Position numbers and translations under genes: made by a program
Shown: positions 25,154-37,236 of the stretch, piece after piece
Position numbering within the stretch: position 1 is the stretch's first letter
Layout: each line of letters begins with the position of its first letter
Assembly (NCBI GenBank): GCA_010405405.1
Contig: MU004246.1
Span: forward strand, 248,001 to 312,000
Origin: Microthyrium microscopicum
Lineage: Eukaryota
Length of the DNA: 64,000 nucleotides
Direction of reading: 5' to 3'
Notes under the pieces: generated by a model
What the model saw: only the letters and a program-made list of their open reading frames with translations
What the model was told of the DNA's origin: nothing
The model's database searches: none

Positions 25154-27808
25154 ATGGCCTCGATCCCAGCACAACGGCCTATGCTCGGCGGGTTAGGCGA
25201 CTCGACACGCCGAATAGCGAGTATGATACCTTCATCGCTGCCAGTATCAAGCACTCCCTCTCCCTCACCACAGCCCCCCTCACAGTCGCCGCCAGCTGCC
25301 CCACTTGCAGCATCGACGCCCACCTCCAATCAACGCAATCATTCCAATCAATCCAATAATTCCTTGGCCTCGCATCAAGAGCCGCCGCCCTCCCCAAGCA
25401 CTACTACTAGTACTGGTGCTGGTACCATTATTACAAAGACAATTAGCACTACCGCTGCCAATTCCTCTCCCTCTCAAGCGGCTTTCGGATCCAATTCGCC
25501 TCAGGCGGCCACTCCCGACACTCCTGCCACCCTCAAACCTGTCTACCGCTCAATGTGTGATATTGGAGATAGCACACCTACCGGTAGAAAACCCAAGTCT
25601 AATTCGCCACCTCAATCTTACCACAAATCTTCTACCTCTTCTGTATCTTCAGCAGCTACTACAGATCTTTCTGACGACGCATCGAATGATATCACGCTAT
25701 CTGCGAACCACAGAATGATGCACGCATCCGCTACGCCAGCCCGGCAACCATCACAGGGTCAAGATCAAGATGAAGACCAAGACCAAAATATCGACACGAG
25801 GGCAGGATCGGAAAAGGGACTGGCTAGAGCAACAACGTCACCAAACTTGATGCGGATTGCTTCCCCTCCCCCTGCTAATGCTAACGCTGGCTCACCTGCC
25901 TCTGCCCCGCAGCGCCCTCCCCCAGCTCCCTTAAATCGCAATACCAGCGGTGCTATACAACGTTCTACCTCCAACATATTCCCATCGACTGGCCCCCCTG
26001 GTGCTACATCCGTCAAGCCGGCTGATAAGACTCCTCAAAAACCTACTATATTTAAACGCGGTCTCTCCTTCCTCGGAAAGAAGAAACCCGTCTCATCACC
26101 TGTCGACACCTCCGCTCAGACACCAATAGCCCCATCCACCACGCAATCCAGTGCCGTCACTGAACACTCGAGAAACACTACCTTCAGCGTACCTTCTGAA
26201 TCCCCAATACATACTCCATCTTCCACTCCACCTAGTGGGATATCTCGAGAAAACACCATCATGGAAGACGAAGAGCTCGCCCCCCATGAACTTCCCTCCA
26301 ATCCCACCGTACAAATCTCCGAAGCCGATTCCCCATTTGGTCATGGACACTCTCAATCAACCCGCAGCATAGCAGCCATGGATATGGCAGAGCCTACCAG
26401 AGGAACCACTCCTAGACAGGCTGTTACCTGGGGCGCTGCATATACCACTGGAGAAAATGCGAATGGAGAGATAGAAATCGTTGCTCGTCCGCGCCGAAGA
26501 TCAATAAGTCAAGGCGATATCCGATTGCCTTCATTACGGAGGAGGCCAGATCCAAACGGGCCGGTCGAACTCATGGCAACATTTTCCTTCCAATCTGGCG
26601 AGGGCGTTGGACTCAAAGCTCGCCGAATGAGCATGAGTCTTCCCGACGAATTCCATGTTGACACTTGCGATTTGAACGAACAATTTACAACAACCACTCA
26701 TATACCTTTTCTCAAGAAAACCGTTGGTAAGGGTGCAACCGCTGTCGTGAAACTCATGCAAAAGAAAAACGACCCCGCGCGCCTGAACTACGCCATAAAG
26801 ACATATCGGGCCAGAGACAGCAAGGAGAAAGAGGTCGACTATGTACAAAAGGTCAAGTCCGAGTACTCCATTGCTCATAGTTTGAGACATCCCAACATTG
26901 TCAACTCTTTCGCCTTGTGTACAAGTGGCAATACATGGAGCAATTGCATGGAGTACTGCCAATATGGCGAGATGTATCATTGGGTCGAAAAGGGTTGTTT
27001 CAAAAATAGTTTCTCTGTTGACGATCGCAATTGCTTCTTCAAACAGCTACTACGCGGAGTTGATTATTTGCACAGCCACGGTATTGCTCATCGAGATATT
27101 AAGCTGGAGAACCTTTTACTTACCGCCGACGGACATCTCAAAATTACCGACTTTGGTGTGTCTGACGTCTTTTCTGGTGAACACCCTGGCATCCGAAAAA
27201 CCGACGGCAAGTGCGGACAAAACATGGGCCCAATTCGATTATGCAATCCTGGTATTTGTGGCAGTCTGCCATATATCTCTCCAGAAGTCCTTAGAGGCCA
27301 TCAACGATATGACCCACGAGCCCTGGATGTTTGGGCTTGTGCCATTGTTTACCTGACCATGACTTTTGGTGGAGGTCCTTGGAACGAGGCAAGCCCAGAT
27401 ACGGATGTAAAATATCGAGCCTACAAGAAAGGTTGGGACGAGTGGCTCGTGAAAAATCCAGACGGAGAAATCACTGACAGCAACTGGCCTAAACTACCCG
27501 GACTGTTCAGCACTCAAGTCCCTGGCAACTTGACATCGCGAAGCTCCCCAGCAATGCGTCGCCTCTTGATCAAGATGCTACATCCCGACCCGGATGCTCG
27601 CTCCACTATCACAGATGTGCTCAGCTCAAATGTCATGAAGCACGTTGAATGCTGCACAGCGGAAAGCTACGAGGAAGACTGCTGTGCGCCTACTTCCAGC
27701 AAGAATCTCAAGAAGCAAATCATTAAAAAACACAACCACGTCCCGCCCAAGGACACGAAAGGAGGATTCCTCAGACATAGATTTGATATGGGTGATGGAT
27801 ATCGCTAA
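25154..27808 (+). CDS. Ser/Thr protein kinase, fungal NPR/HAL family, long disordered N-terminus
   Basis: 884-aa intronless ORF with GKGATAVV, YAIK, KVKSEYSIAHSLRHPNIV, HRDIKLEN, DFG, GICGSLPYISPE and DVWAC. Confidence 0.95.
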   Translation: MASIPAQRPMLGGLGDSTRRIASMIPSSLPVSSTPSPSPQPPSQSPPAAPLAASTPTSNQRNHSNQSNNSLASHQEPPPSPSTTTSTGAGTIITKTISTTAANSSPSQAAFGSNSPQAATPDTPATLKPVYRSMCDIGDSTPTGRKPKSNSPPQSYHKSSTSSVSSAATTDLSDDASNDITLSANHRMMHASATPARQPSQGQDQDEDQDQNIDTRAGSEKGLARATTSPNLMRIASPPPANANAGSPASAPQRPPPAPLNRNTSGAIQRSTSNIFPSTGPPGATSVKPADKTPQKPTIFKRGLSFLGKKKPVSSPVDTSAQTPIAPSTTQSSAVTEHSRNTTFSVPSESPIHTPSSTPPSGISRENTIMEDEELAPHELPSNPTVQISEADSPFGHGHSQSTRSIAAMDMAEPTRGTTPRQAVTWGAAYTTGENANGEIEIVARPRRRSISQGDIRLPSLRRRPDPNGPVELMATFSFQSGEGVGLKARRMSMSLPDEFHVDTCDLNEQFTTTTHIPFLKKTVGKGATAVVKLMQKKNDPARLNYAIKTYRARDSKEKEVDYVQKVKSEYSIAHSLRHPNIVNSFALCTSGNTWSNCMEYCQYGEMYHWVEKGCFKNSFSVDDRNCFFKQLLRGVDYLHSHGIAHRDIKLENLLLTADGHLKITDFGVSDVFSGEHPGIRKTDGKCGQNMGPIRLCNPGICGSLPYISPEVLRGHQRYDPRALDVWACAIVYLTMTFGGGPWNEASPDTDVKYRAYKKGWDEWLVKNPDGEITDSNWPKLPGLFSTQVPGNLTSRSSPAMRRLLIKMLHPDPDARSTITDVLSSNVMKHVECCTAESYEEDCCAPTSSKNLKKQIIKKHNHVPPKDTKGGFLRHRFDMGDGYR

Positions 27809-29270
27809 AAGCCACAACACTTTCACGATTATGGGCGGATATTTGTCTGCTTCTGTGTATCAATGACCTCGGTTCATGTATAGTACAACATGCTGTACTG
27901 ACGGCTCCATGGCGTTTTTTCGAGCCTTGTGCTCCTGGTCGCCCCATCTTCAAGCACCAGAAGGAGTTAAATGGAAGATATGAATTTGGCTAGGACGAAT
28001 AATGGCACAAAGCGAGTCTTTATATTTGCAATCACCGTTCACTTTTCTATTGGTCCTTTTTTTTAGTCATCCCCTTATCGCTGGGACTGAACTGTATAGC
28101 AACTGTTTTTTGAGCGATTGAATGCGTTGAGGAATTACTACTATTAGATTTGGAATGCCTGTTATGGCTCTAGTCTTATAGATACTTGAAGAAGTCTTGA
28201 GGATAGTTATTTGCTGGTTTTACTGAAGCATGGAAATGAAAACACTCTTGACGCTCATCTGTTCATCCAGTCCCTCGACTATGTGCATAATCTATCAATT
28301 GAGGGTCATAACGCTGTCGTTGTTCATCCACCTCGGTTCAAGTTGTACTTTTATGAAGCCGTCGAACCGATAGTGTACGTCATTTTGGGGTAACATTACG
28401 GCTCCTTTCCCCCGCCTGCAAACGGCGAATTGTATCCACAAGCTATTACAAACAGTCAAGACACAGCGACTGCTGAATCGGGGTCACCAGCCCCCAGCGA
28501 GTTACTAACGATTGCTAAAGAGCCCCTCAAAGTAGCAATGGAAGCTGTTCGCCCTGTCTGTCACTACTGTAGCATTACTAACATCTCCATAAAGTCTCGG
28601 CGCCGACGATTCTTACAGCATCCAGTTGACACGGATGACTTGCGCACATGGCAAAACGACCGCGCTAAAGGTTCCCGCCGTCCCGTGATAAAGACAGATA
28701 GTCGCGGCTAAAGCAGAGCAGGCAGAGCGACAACGGACGGCAAAGTTTCAATGGATACTGCTCCTGATAGACACTGATAACTGCCTCTCCGGGGAAGTCT
28801 TGACGAGCGGATATAACTTTGATATACGGAAATGTTTGTGTCAAAACCCCTGATATCCTGGACGCAGTTCCGCTTGGTAAGAACTCTATATTGACGTTTG
28901 ATATTCGAACAACAAAGAGGATATAGTTGTGAATGGCTTCACACCAATATGGCTATGTATTTCCAAGTCGGCTAAACGCATCCCTCCATAAAGGGAACAA
29001 ATATGTCACAGATGGATGTAGTGTGACTTTAGCACGACGACTCCGCAACCTTAAACACATGACCATAATCTCTTTCTGCAAATGTCAACAATAGCAATTG
29101 CATCGCAACCATCAACTTGAAGCTAGCATAACATTCAATATCGCCAACACTACAATATCTCCCGATCCATCCCGGTCTTGCAAGCATTCAGCCAATCACA
29201 GCTCTCAGCCTCGCCACTCACCCACCAATCCCAGCCCACCATTCAACCAATCCCCTCTTCTCCAACCACC

Positions 29271-30005
29271 ATGCCCTCCAGTACAGACGATTCCTCCGCT
29301 GGCATCATCTGGGTAGCCTCACGCACAACCCAGCCATCCCTTAAACCAGAGAAATTCGTAGACTGGTACGAAAACATCCACGTCCAAGAAGTCATCGCCA
29401 CAGGCGGTGTCCCCGGTGCCGTTCGGTACGAACGCGTTGGCTCCGAACCGACAGGCTCCCAATCAGGCGATGAAGAGAAATTGGGAGCGTATGGATGGCT
29501 AACCGTCTACGCATTTCCACAACTAGGCTTCAGACATACGGCGCAATTCAAAGGGTTGGACGGACAGAAATCGCCGAAGGGCGATTTATTGGACACGATC
29601 TTCAAGAAGGCTGAGTTTGCGACGAGGTTTGCTGGCCTCAAGGGTGTGTGGGCGGATGGGAAGTGGAGTGATGGTGGGAAGATTGAGGGTTTTCGGCCGG
29701 CGGAGTGGGTTGTTGTTGCTACGTTGGTCAGTGATGGGGATGGTGGTGGAAAGGCGATAGGGGCGGAGGAGGGGAAGGCGTTGGAGGGATTGAAGGGCTT
29801 TGTGAGAGCGCAGGTGTTTGATATTGCGGAGTCTAGTGTGTTGTGTGAGTTTGAGAGAAGGAAGGGCTTGATGGGGACGATGGTGATGGTTGGATTTGAG
29901 GGTGAGCCTGATGGTGAGGCGGTGGGGAAGGTTGTGGGAAGGATGGGCAAGGTGGTTGAGAGGAGCGTTTTCAAGAAGAGACGGGGCTATGATTGTTGGA
30001 CATAG
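29271..30005 (+). CDS. Hypothetical protein, EthD-like dimeric alpha-beta barrel
   Basis: accaccATG at 29271. FVDWYENIHVQEVIATGGVPGAVRY and WLTVY resemble EthD-like motifs. Confidence 0.65.
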   Translation: MPSSTDDSSAGIIWVASRTTQPSLKPEKFVDWYENIHVQEVIATGGVPGAVRYERVGSEPTGSQSGDEEKLGAYGWLTVYAFPQLGFRHTAQFKGLDGQKSPKGDLLDTIFKKAEFATRFAGLKGVWADGKWSDGGKIEGFRPAEWVVVATLVSDGDGGGKAIGAEEGKALEGLKGFVRAQVFDIAESSVLCEFERRKGLMGTMVMVGFEGEPDGEAVGKVVGRMGKVVERSVFKKRRGYDCWT

Positions 30006-30780
30006 TATAAGATCGTGAGCAGATCGGGTTGAAAGAAGATTGGTTTGTGCTCTAGACGGTCTTATCAAGCAGTGGACGGAGGATTGTGCAGTGCTCTCAA
30101 TTGTGAGGTTGTTTATGACCTCTACAGTGGAATGGAACTTCAACTAATCATACTTTACATATATAATATGCCTTTGTCAAATAGTTCACTTTGAGAATAT
30201 AATAATTTTTCCTTCAAGTCAAGGTTTAGTTTTTATCTATTCGTAAAGATTCGACCACGAACTCAGATTCGACTTCTCTACAGCAGTCAGCATAGGAGAG
30301 CATCATGGCGAAGAGATAGGAGGAGAACAGGTTTCTGGCACTCTCGTGGCTGGACATTCCACGAGCAGGCTCTATCTACAGTACCTCTCGTCTTTACAAG
30401 CAGGTTTGTCTATTGGGATTATCAAAACAAGGCCTGGACCGATATGTGGGTGTGGTGTCCTCTTGATTTGAGACGGAGGACAAACACTGGCACGGTATGC
30501 CTTGCGATGTAATTGCTGTGTCATTAGATACCTTCGATCAGGCTAGTATGCAGGGGAAGCCCGTATTTAAAGAATTTATTGAAAGATATACCAGATCGTC
30601 TGAATTTGGAGGAGAACACTTTCTACAACGTCCTGTGGATCGAGTGGATCAATGGCATAGCATATAGAAAGGGAGTTGGAAGGGGTTGGAAAGGCGCGTG
30701 GGAGCGACAAAGCCTTGAAACGATTCCTCTAATCCTTGGTTAGGCCTGATACTGGATACGTTGTCAATGAAGAGACTCGG

Positions 30781-30910
30781 CAACGGGTCAACAAAATAAG
30801 TGGCGCGCTCCCAGCGAGTGCGATGGGAAATATAACACCTTCTAATTAAAAGCGGTCATGGGAGCCATCGACGTTGATGGGAGAACGCCATTTATTTTGT
30901 CCATCAGTTG
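30781..30910. mobile_element. 130-bp MITE-like element of the palindrome family (also at 41080-41790 and 44302-44515)
   Basis: Imperfect TIR CAAC...ACAAAATAAGTGGCG / CGCCATTTATTTTGT...GTTG with ACTCGG duplicated on both flanks. Internal palindromes CCCAGCGagtgCGATGGG and GCCATCGacgtTGATGGG. Confidence 0.75.
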
Positions 30911-31221
30911 ACTCGGTTCACTCTGTGTCTATCCTCGGAAGATCACTTGCCTTCCCGGAGCATCTTTGAACGCCGCTGAAGACTATTTCAGCCCGTTATA
31001 TTCACGAAGCATGAAAATGATAGGCACAGATAATGAGTAATGTACTAAAAATACTAAACTTATCTTTCCCCTAAGAATTATTACTACAAATTACGATTCC
31101 CATACACATGGACGCTATGATTACAAAACAACATGAACAAGAACATCCATCTTCCTTTGCCTTGGCCTTGGCGATCATTTCTCTAGTGAAGCTCATATAA
31201 AGACATTCAGTCTCCAGTACC

Positions 31222-33125
31222 TCAGCCAGTATGCTGATCAGCCAAAACCTCATGTCTCAGCGTACTCCTTCTCCTCGGCGCACTAGGCGTTCTCAATGGG
31301 CCCGCCGGTTTGACAATCGTCAATGGCGCAGGAGCTGTAGCAATCGACGTCCTCCCACCCGTCACTGAAATGCTAGGTAATGGCTTACTAGACAATGGCA
31401 TCCCGGACGAGGGTATAGATGGGACTGGAGGTGCGGAACTCGATACTTGAGCACCCTGTATCGGCAAGTGCAACGAATGTTGGCTGTGGAATGACTTTCG
31501 TCTCGAACTCGCCGGCTGAGCTGGTCCCTGAGGAGCTTGCTGGATATTTAGGGGCGAGGGTAACATATGTGCTGGTATTGGCGGTACAGGCGGAGGTGGC
31601 GGATGTGTAGATTGTGAGTTGGTGAATTGTTCGTGCAAACTATGCATACTGCTTCTCGCACTACTTGTATGCAAACTATTTGCACTACTGCTATTTGATG
31701 AGGGGCCGCGGTAGAAGGAGTAGCGAGGATGCGGTTGTTGGCTATGATTGTATGTGGTAGAATTGAAGGTCGAGAGATGGGAATCGCGAGAATGGACGGT
31801 TGCGAGAGAGAGGATGGATGTACGTGGTGTGCATGTACATGCGAGTGATTGTCGCCTACTCAAAGCATCGCCTTCACTGGTGGCGCGAGAGGCAAAGGCG
31901 TTGCCGCTGGGGACGTGGTAAGGCGATAGAATTGAGCGGGCGACGCCTGGACCGGAGAGGGTGGGTGAGGGTGCACCGGAGCTTACGTAGGAGTTGGCTA
32001 GTGAGTAGTGCCCGGAGGGGGAGCGGGATGGTGGGTGATTCATGTCGAAGATGGAAAGGGAGAGTGATTCGCGAGACTTTATATCTTGGTTGGGCGTTGT
32101 TGATGGATGGGAAAAGTTACGGGTTTTGCTGGGTGGTGGTTGAGAGCCAAAGGGATCGAAATCTATGGCACTGTGACCCGTTGGTGTTGGTGGTGATATA
32201 TAGGGGCGTCCTCCTAGGTGGGTTTGCTCGGGTTTTGCGGTGAGTGATGTTTGAATTTGACTGAGACGGAGAGTTGGGAATGCAGTTCTAATTAGAGGGT
32301 CGTAGGTATATCGAGCGGCGTGGTGTGGTGAGCTTTCAATGGAGCCGAATTTGTATCGAGATTTTTCTTTTATTCTTTTTCGTTCTGTTCGGCCGCGAAC
32401 CCCAAAGACTGTATCATTGATACACCACATGAAGAAGAGGCAGTGCAGGGCGCTGGTCAAGTTAGCCTGAGCATCACAATTGTCTACGATAGACTTACAA
32501 GATGCAATCAAAGATGACACAGCCAACTACTGAAATGATTGATCTTTTCTCAGCGCCACGAAGCCATTCTTCCTGGACCTTGCAGTTTGGAAAGGCCGGA
32601 CATGAATGAACATTACTAGCACTAACTGTGACAGTTTGACCCATGATGCCAATGATATCGTGCTGACCTAGTGTCTGAAGATCATATATATCTCCAGAGA
32701 GTCCTTTGTGTCCAGTCCATGCAACGATAGTAACATAGATGCCAATTATGGCGAAGCTGATACCAAGAAAGAAGTGGACCAAGACATTAGTGACCCCGAA
32801 TAACATTCTTTCTCGGCTCATAAAGTGAATGATGTTGATTAGATTCCAAACGATGGTGATGGCGTCCTATAAAGAGTCAGTGACGTCCAGTCGCAGTGAT
32901 GGCCAGCCTGTGGTTGTGGGTTCTTACGCATGGTATATAAACCAGGACAGCTTTTGCATCTTCAAAAGCTCGAGGCGTAAAGTTGGATTTGCTATGCGTT
33001 AAAGTAATAACAGCACAGGCTATAGATACGACACAAAGTATGTTCATCAGCATTCGAAAGGCAAACTTGAGATGCCATCTTGAATCGACATCAAAGAGTC
33101 GTTCTCGCTTGATCCTGGAGAACAT
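31222..33125 (-). CDS. Membrane protein with about 4 N-terminal TM helices and a long Ser/Pro-rich tail
   Basis: ORF pieces 32877-33125, 32495-32821 and 31222-32526 can be joined through GT-AG introns with CTGAC/CTAAC branch sites. Hydrophobic segments lie in the first exons. Confidence 0.7.
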
Positions 33126-35485
33126 CTTGAATCGTTCAGTCTACAATAGTATAGCTGGGCCGTAAATAGTAATGAATTAAGGGGGAATGAGCGACATGGA
33201 GAAGATATGATGTATAGTAAACGAGAGAGGAGCGATTAAAACGAGCGTAGGACGTGTAAAGGGAGCGTAAGGTGATAAGTTCTACAGCCTCATCATATTA
33301 TCTATACAGCCGGCTGCATGTAAAAGAACATCAACAGACAAAAGTCAATGTCAGATCAAGGTTGCTGAAGGAGTTTTGTAAACGAAAGAGATGTACACAA
33401 AGAGTCGGGAACACATCCACGAGTCTGGGAATACTCCACAATTTGATGCAAACAGGCCCCGTCGTATGGTGCATCAGAAAGCATCGCTGCATCGTCCAGA
33501 ACCGCCACTAGGTGACATGATGGACTCGGTGGATGACCTTGGACTTGCCTTGCGCTTGTCTTGGGGCAGAAGGCGAGCATATTATCCCGCACTGCCAGGG
33601 CGCCACGGGTTCACAACCGGGTCTGGCGTGCTGGGATCGGGATGTTTCTTCCAAGCTCATGATATCTTGAGATGTTGAGGCTCACGAGGAGTTGAGGAGT
33701 TGGTGGCTGAATTTTAGTCGGAAACAGATCGTTGAACGTTTCATTTTGCGTCCAATGAGAGTGGCCATATGCCGCCCCTTAGTGGACTGAGTGAGGTATC
33801 ACAACTCATAAATAGGCCAACTTTTTCATGTTGACTCGAGCGTGCTGCGTGCTCATGTTTTGCATCGGCCTTGATGGAATTTCTGGACATGGTAATTCGA
33901 GACGAGGTAAGTAACTGCTGCTGTTGATGCTGAAGCAATTTGCTTCGCAAGATTTATGGTTCAACCAATTTATGCCAATTTACATGGATAGCTGTAGTGC
34001 TCCGTTGAATAAATATCCGCGCCGTATTCTTCTTGGGGTTTGTAATGGAAAACATGATTGTCATACTCTAGCATGGCGTGGATTTGTACGATGCGGCCCC
34101 TAGGGAGAAAGGCTCGGACCGGCTTAAGCCATGGGATATAAAGGGAGCCTCGATCTCACTCGCCGTCTAGCTGTCGGGAACTCGTCATGCGCTGGAAATT
34201 AGATGGTGAAATCCATTTAGTGACACGTACCAAGGCATAAGAACTTTGATACCATTGTTACAAGTAGGTCGCTAAATAAGCGTCAATCGTTGAGAGATTC
34301 AGCCTTGTGGAGGCTGCCTTGGCTGCTCCTTCCATGATGTTTCACTGTACAAATAAGAAGCTTATGTTAGTGGTTGCATCGAGAAAATCAAAGTTGTTAC
34401 TGTAGGTCTAAAGCGAACAAGTGGAAGACTGTTAACTGTAATGCCAACTCTGCTTTACTTCAATCAATCATACATTTTAGGTGTTGTCCAATTCAGTGTC
34501 AACTTGAGTGCATGAACACCTTACTTGGTGGAAGCAAAGAAGTAAACTTTCCATTTTCGATACACCAATATCGCAAACGGCTACCAGCCAGTATTTCTTT
34601 GAGAATTGGCATTAGAGTCAGCTTTGAGTGATACTATCATTTAGGTAGAAACTTCAAGTTTGTACGATCCACCTGATCAAACCCGGGACTGCATAAAAGA
34701 TTACCCACGCAGTCGAGCTACTTCTGAAGATAGCTGTGTTACTATCACTCAATAAGCGTTTGCTAGCAATGTAGTAGTACAAAGCGAAGATAACAAGCTC
34801 ATCCTGTGACCTTTTTATGAATACTCTAGAGTACTTTATGTCCCCCAGACTTGCACAGCTTTGGATTCCGGTGAATGGATCTACATGCAAGCATTTTGAA
34901 GGTAGCAATATATAGTATTGTATCGCCTTGCTATTGGTATGTCAGCCTAGACTTTTTCTATAGAATAAAATTGAAAAATGTAGAATAATCGATCTAGGAA
35001 CATAGAATAAATGATGAAAGCCAAGAGGCTCCAAATACTGTTTGTATGTACTGTAGTTGGGCACAACCACCTCCTGACAACAGCAGAACTAGGATTAATC
35101 CGCCAACGTCTTGGAGAAAGATAAAGCAGCGTATCAGAAGTGTTGGTCAAGAGTCTTTGGCGGTGAAATTGATTTGATTGATAGGAGGATCCTGTTCGGG
35201 GTGGCCGAGGCACTTGGTGATTGGCTGGCAATGACATGCACAGCCTTCCGTCATTCCCATGATCCATCGCCATCTTCCATTTGGCATCTGATCTCTTAAA
35301 CCTTTTCATCCCTCTATACTTGTATCCACTTTGCCTTCACTACTTGACTCATCACCAGACCGTCCCTTCTGAGACAGTTACACTACATCATCAACCTTTG
35401 CCTTCGCGATAAAGGCCCAACCATCTACCATCCCGCACTCCCCAACCGCCCCTCAGTCATAAAAACAAGCAAACAAACAACCACC

Positions 35486-36313
35486 ATGGTCCTCCTAGGC
35501 GGCCTCGAGATCCTCGCAGCCGGCTACTTCATCAACGAACATTCCAAGAAGAAAGAACGCCGGCGTCTCCAAGAAGAAGAAGAAGAAGCTGCTCTCCAAC
35601 AATCCCGTCGACGCCGCCACTCTGACCCAGACAACCACCGCCGCCATCACCACAGCCATCGCCATTCTCCTTCCACATCCCCCGCGCCCAAGAAGGAGCG
35701 TCGCGACTCTCGCGACTCACGGCGCAATGACGAAGGAGGTCGGAGATCTTCAAAAACACCAACACCATACACCGGACCCTACAATCAACGGCCAAATATA
35801 GGCGCACCATCACAAAGCAGCAACGGATACCTAGCACCACCATTAAAACCCTCACGTACCAGCAGCGCACCACCACCCGGCTACGATGTCTATCCTCCAC
35901 CCACAACGAACGCGTATGATGCGGGGATGTATGTGCCGCCGCACCACTACCCGCCACCTCCACCACTCAATGTACCCAGCGCAGTGCCAAATGCTCCCAC
36001 ACCACCAGCATACCCTCCATACAACGCGCCAACATATCCCCCGCATCCCATGAGTTCTCCTGCACAACAAATCAGCATGAACGCAAAGCCATATAATCAA
36101 CCTAATAGCCCACCCTATGCAACACCAAGCATAAACTACCCCAACGTCCCTCCTCCACACGCTGGCTACTCAGAACTACCAGCTGGACCCCTCCACCACC
36201 CGAATCCAGCGCGCTTACCGGCACCGCCGAGTCCGCATGTGGTGTTTGCGGATGGGGTTGATACGCATGGACAGCATGTCGTGGAGCCGCCGCCGCCGTA
36301 TCGGGAATACTGA
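35486..36313 (+). CDS. Pro/Tyr-rich hypothetical protein with PPxY-type motifs
   Basis: 275-aa ORF with accaccATG start, MVLLGGLEILAAGYF N-terminus and C-terminal EPPPPY. Confidence 0.75.
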   Translation: MVLLGGLEILAAGYFINEHSKKKERRRLQEEEEEAALQQSRRRRHSDPDNHRRHHHSHRHSPSTSPAPKKERRDSRDSRRNDEGGRRSSKTPTPYTGPYNQRPNIGAPSQSSNGYLAPPLKPSRTSSAPPPGYDVYPPPTTNAYDAGMYVPPHHYPPPPPLNVPSAVPNAPTPPAYPPYNAPTYPPHPMSSPAQQISMNAKPYNQPNSPPYATPSINYPNVPPPHAGYSELPAGPLHHPNPARLPAPPSPHVVFADGVDTHGQHVVEPPPPYREY

Positions 36314-36878
36314 TGGCATGAGTACTAGAGAATGTGGGATGAGTGAACTCGCTGGTCGAGTATGATTGAATGAATCATGGAATAATGAGAAGAAGGATAG
36401 GTTTGGGGAGATGTTTGGAAGTCTGGGATGTAAAGGAGCTAGAGGCAAAGGGGGAGAGAAGGACGAGCAACAGCATGATACCCCGAGATACGACATGGCA
36501 TGAACTGGCCTGGCATAGCATGTTTAGCTGTATTTGAGTAATTTGAGATTATATAGAGCAGTATCTCGTTTTTCTGTGATATGTATACATGATTAGCTAA
36601 AGCTCACCCATCACACATCAATATCACCTTGCGTGTCGTACACAGGTCACAATACCAAGAGAACCAAACACAAATACCACACCAAATCATAGATGATACT
36701 ATTTTCTTCTATTCCTCTCTATCCACAACCGTCCACCATTCCATCTTCCATACCACACCGTCTATCTCCAACAACGTATGTACACAAGAAGCACACGCTC
36801 CCCAACTTCCGTGCTCCCCAACTCATACGCTTGCACGATCACAAGCCTTCTTTTCCAAACGAAAACACCCAGGTCGGC

Positions 36879-36918
36879 CAGTGAACTTTCCAGTGAACCT
36901 TCCAGTGAACTTTCCAGC
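36879..36918. repeat. 12-bp minisatellite (CAGTGAACYTTC) x about 3.3
   Basis: Direct tandem repeat in the convergent intergenic region. Confidence 0.8.
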
Positions 36919-37236
36919 GAGAGATCCACTGACCGTGTAAATGAACAAAAGAAATGAAAAAAGCCAGACGAACATATTGCCTGATCTATGCAAGATGCCC
37001 ATAAACCAAACAACGCAGTTCGCAACGCAAGGCTCGGATCAAGTAGTTCTGAACAACAAACGATCTATGCAAAGGATGAATGCTAACAAGAGGAGAGTGT
37101 GTGAATGCCATAACCCGCAACCCAGAACAAAAACAAAAAGACCAGAGACCCTAAGAGACAACAAGAACAGACGAGGAGTAGAGGATACACCATGACAAGA
37201 GATCAGGCAGGCCTAGGAGCAATTGCACTTTCCTTC

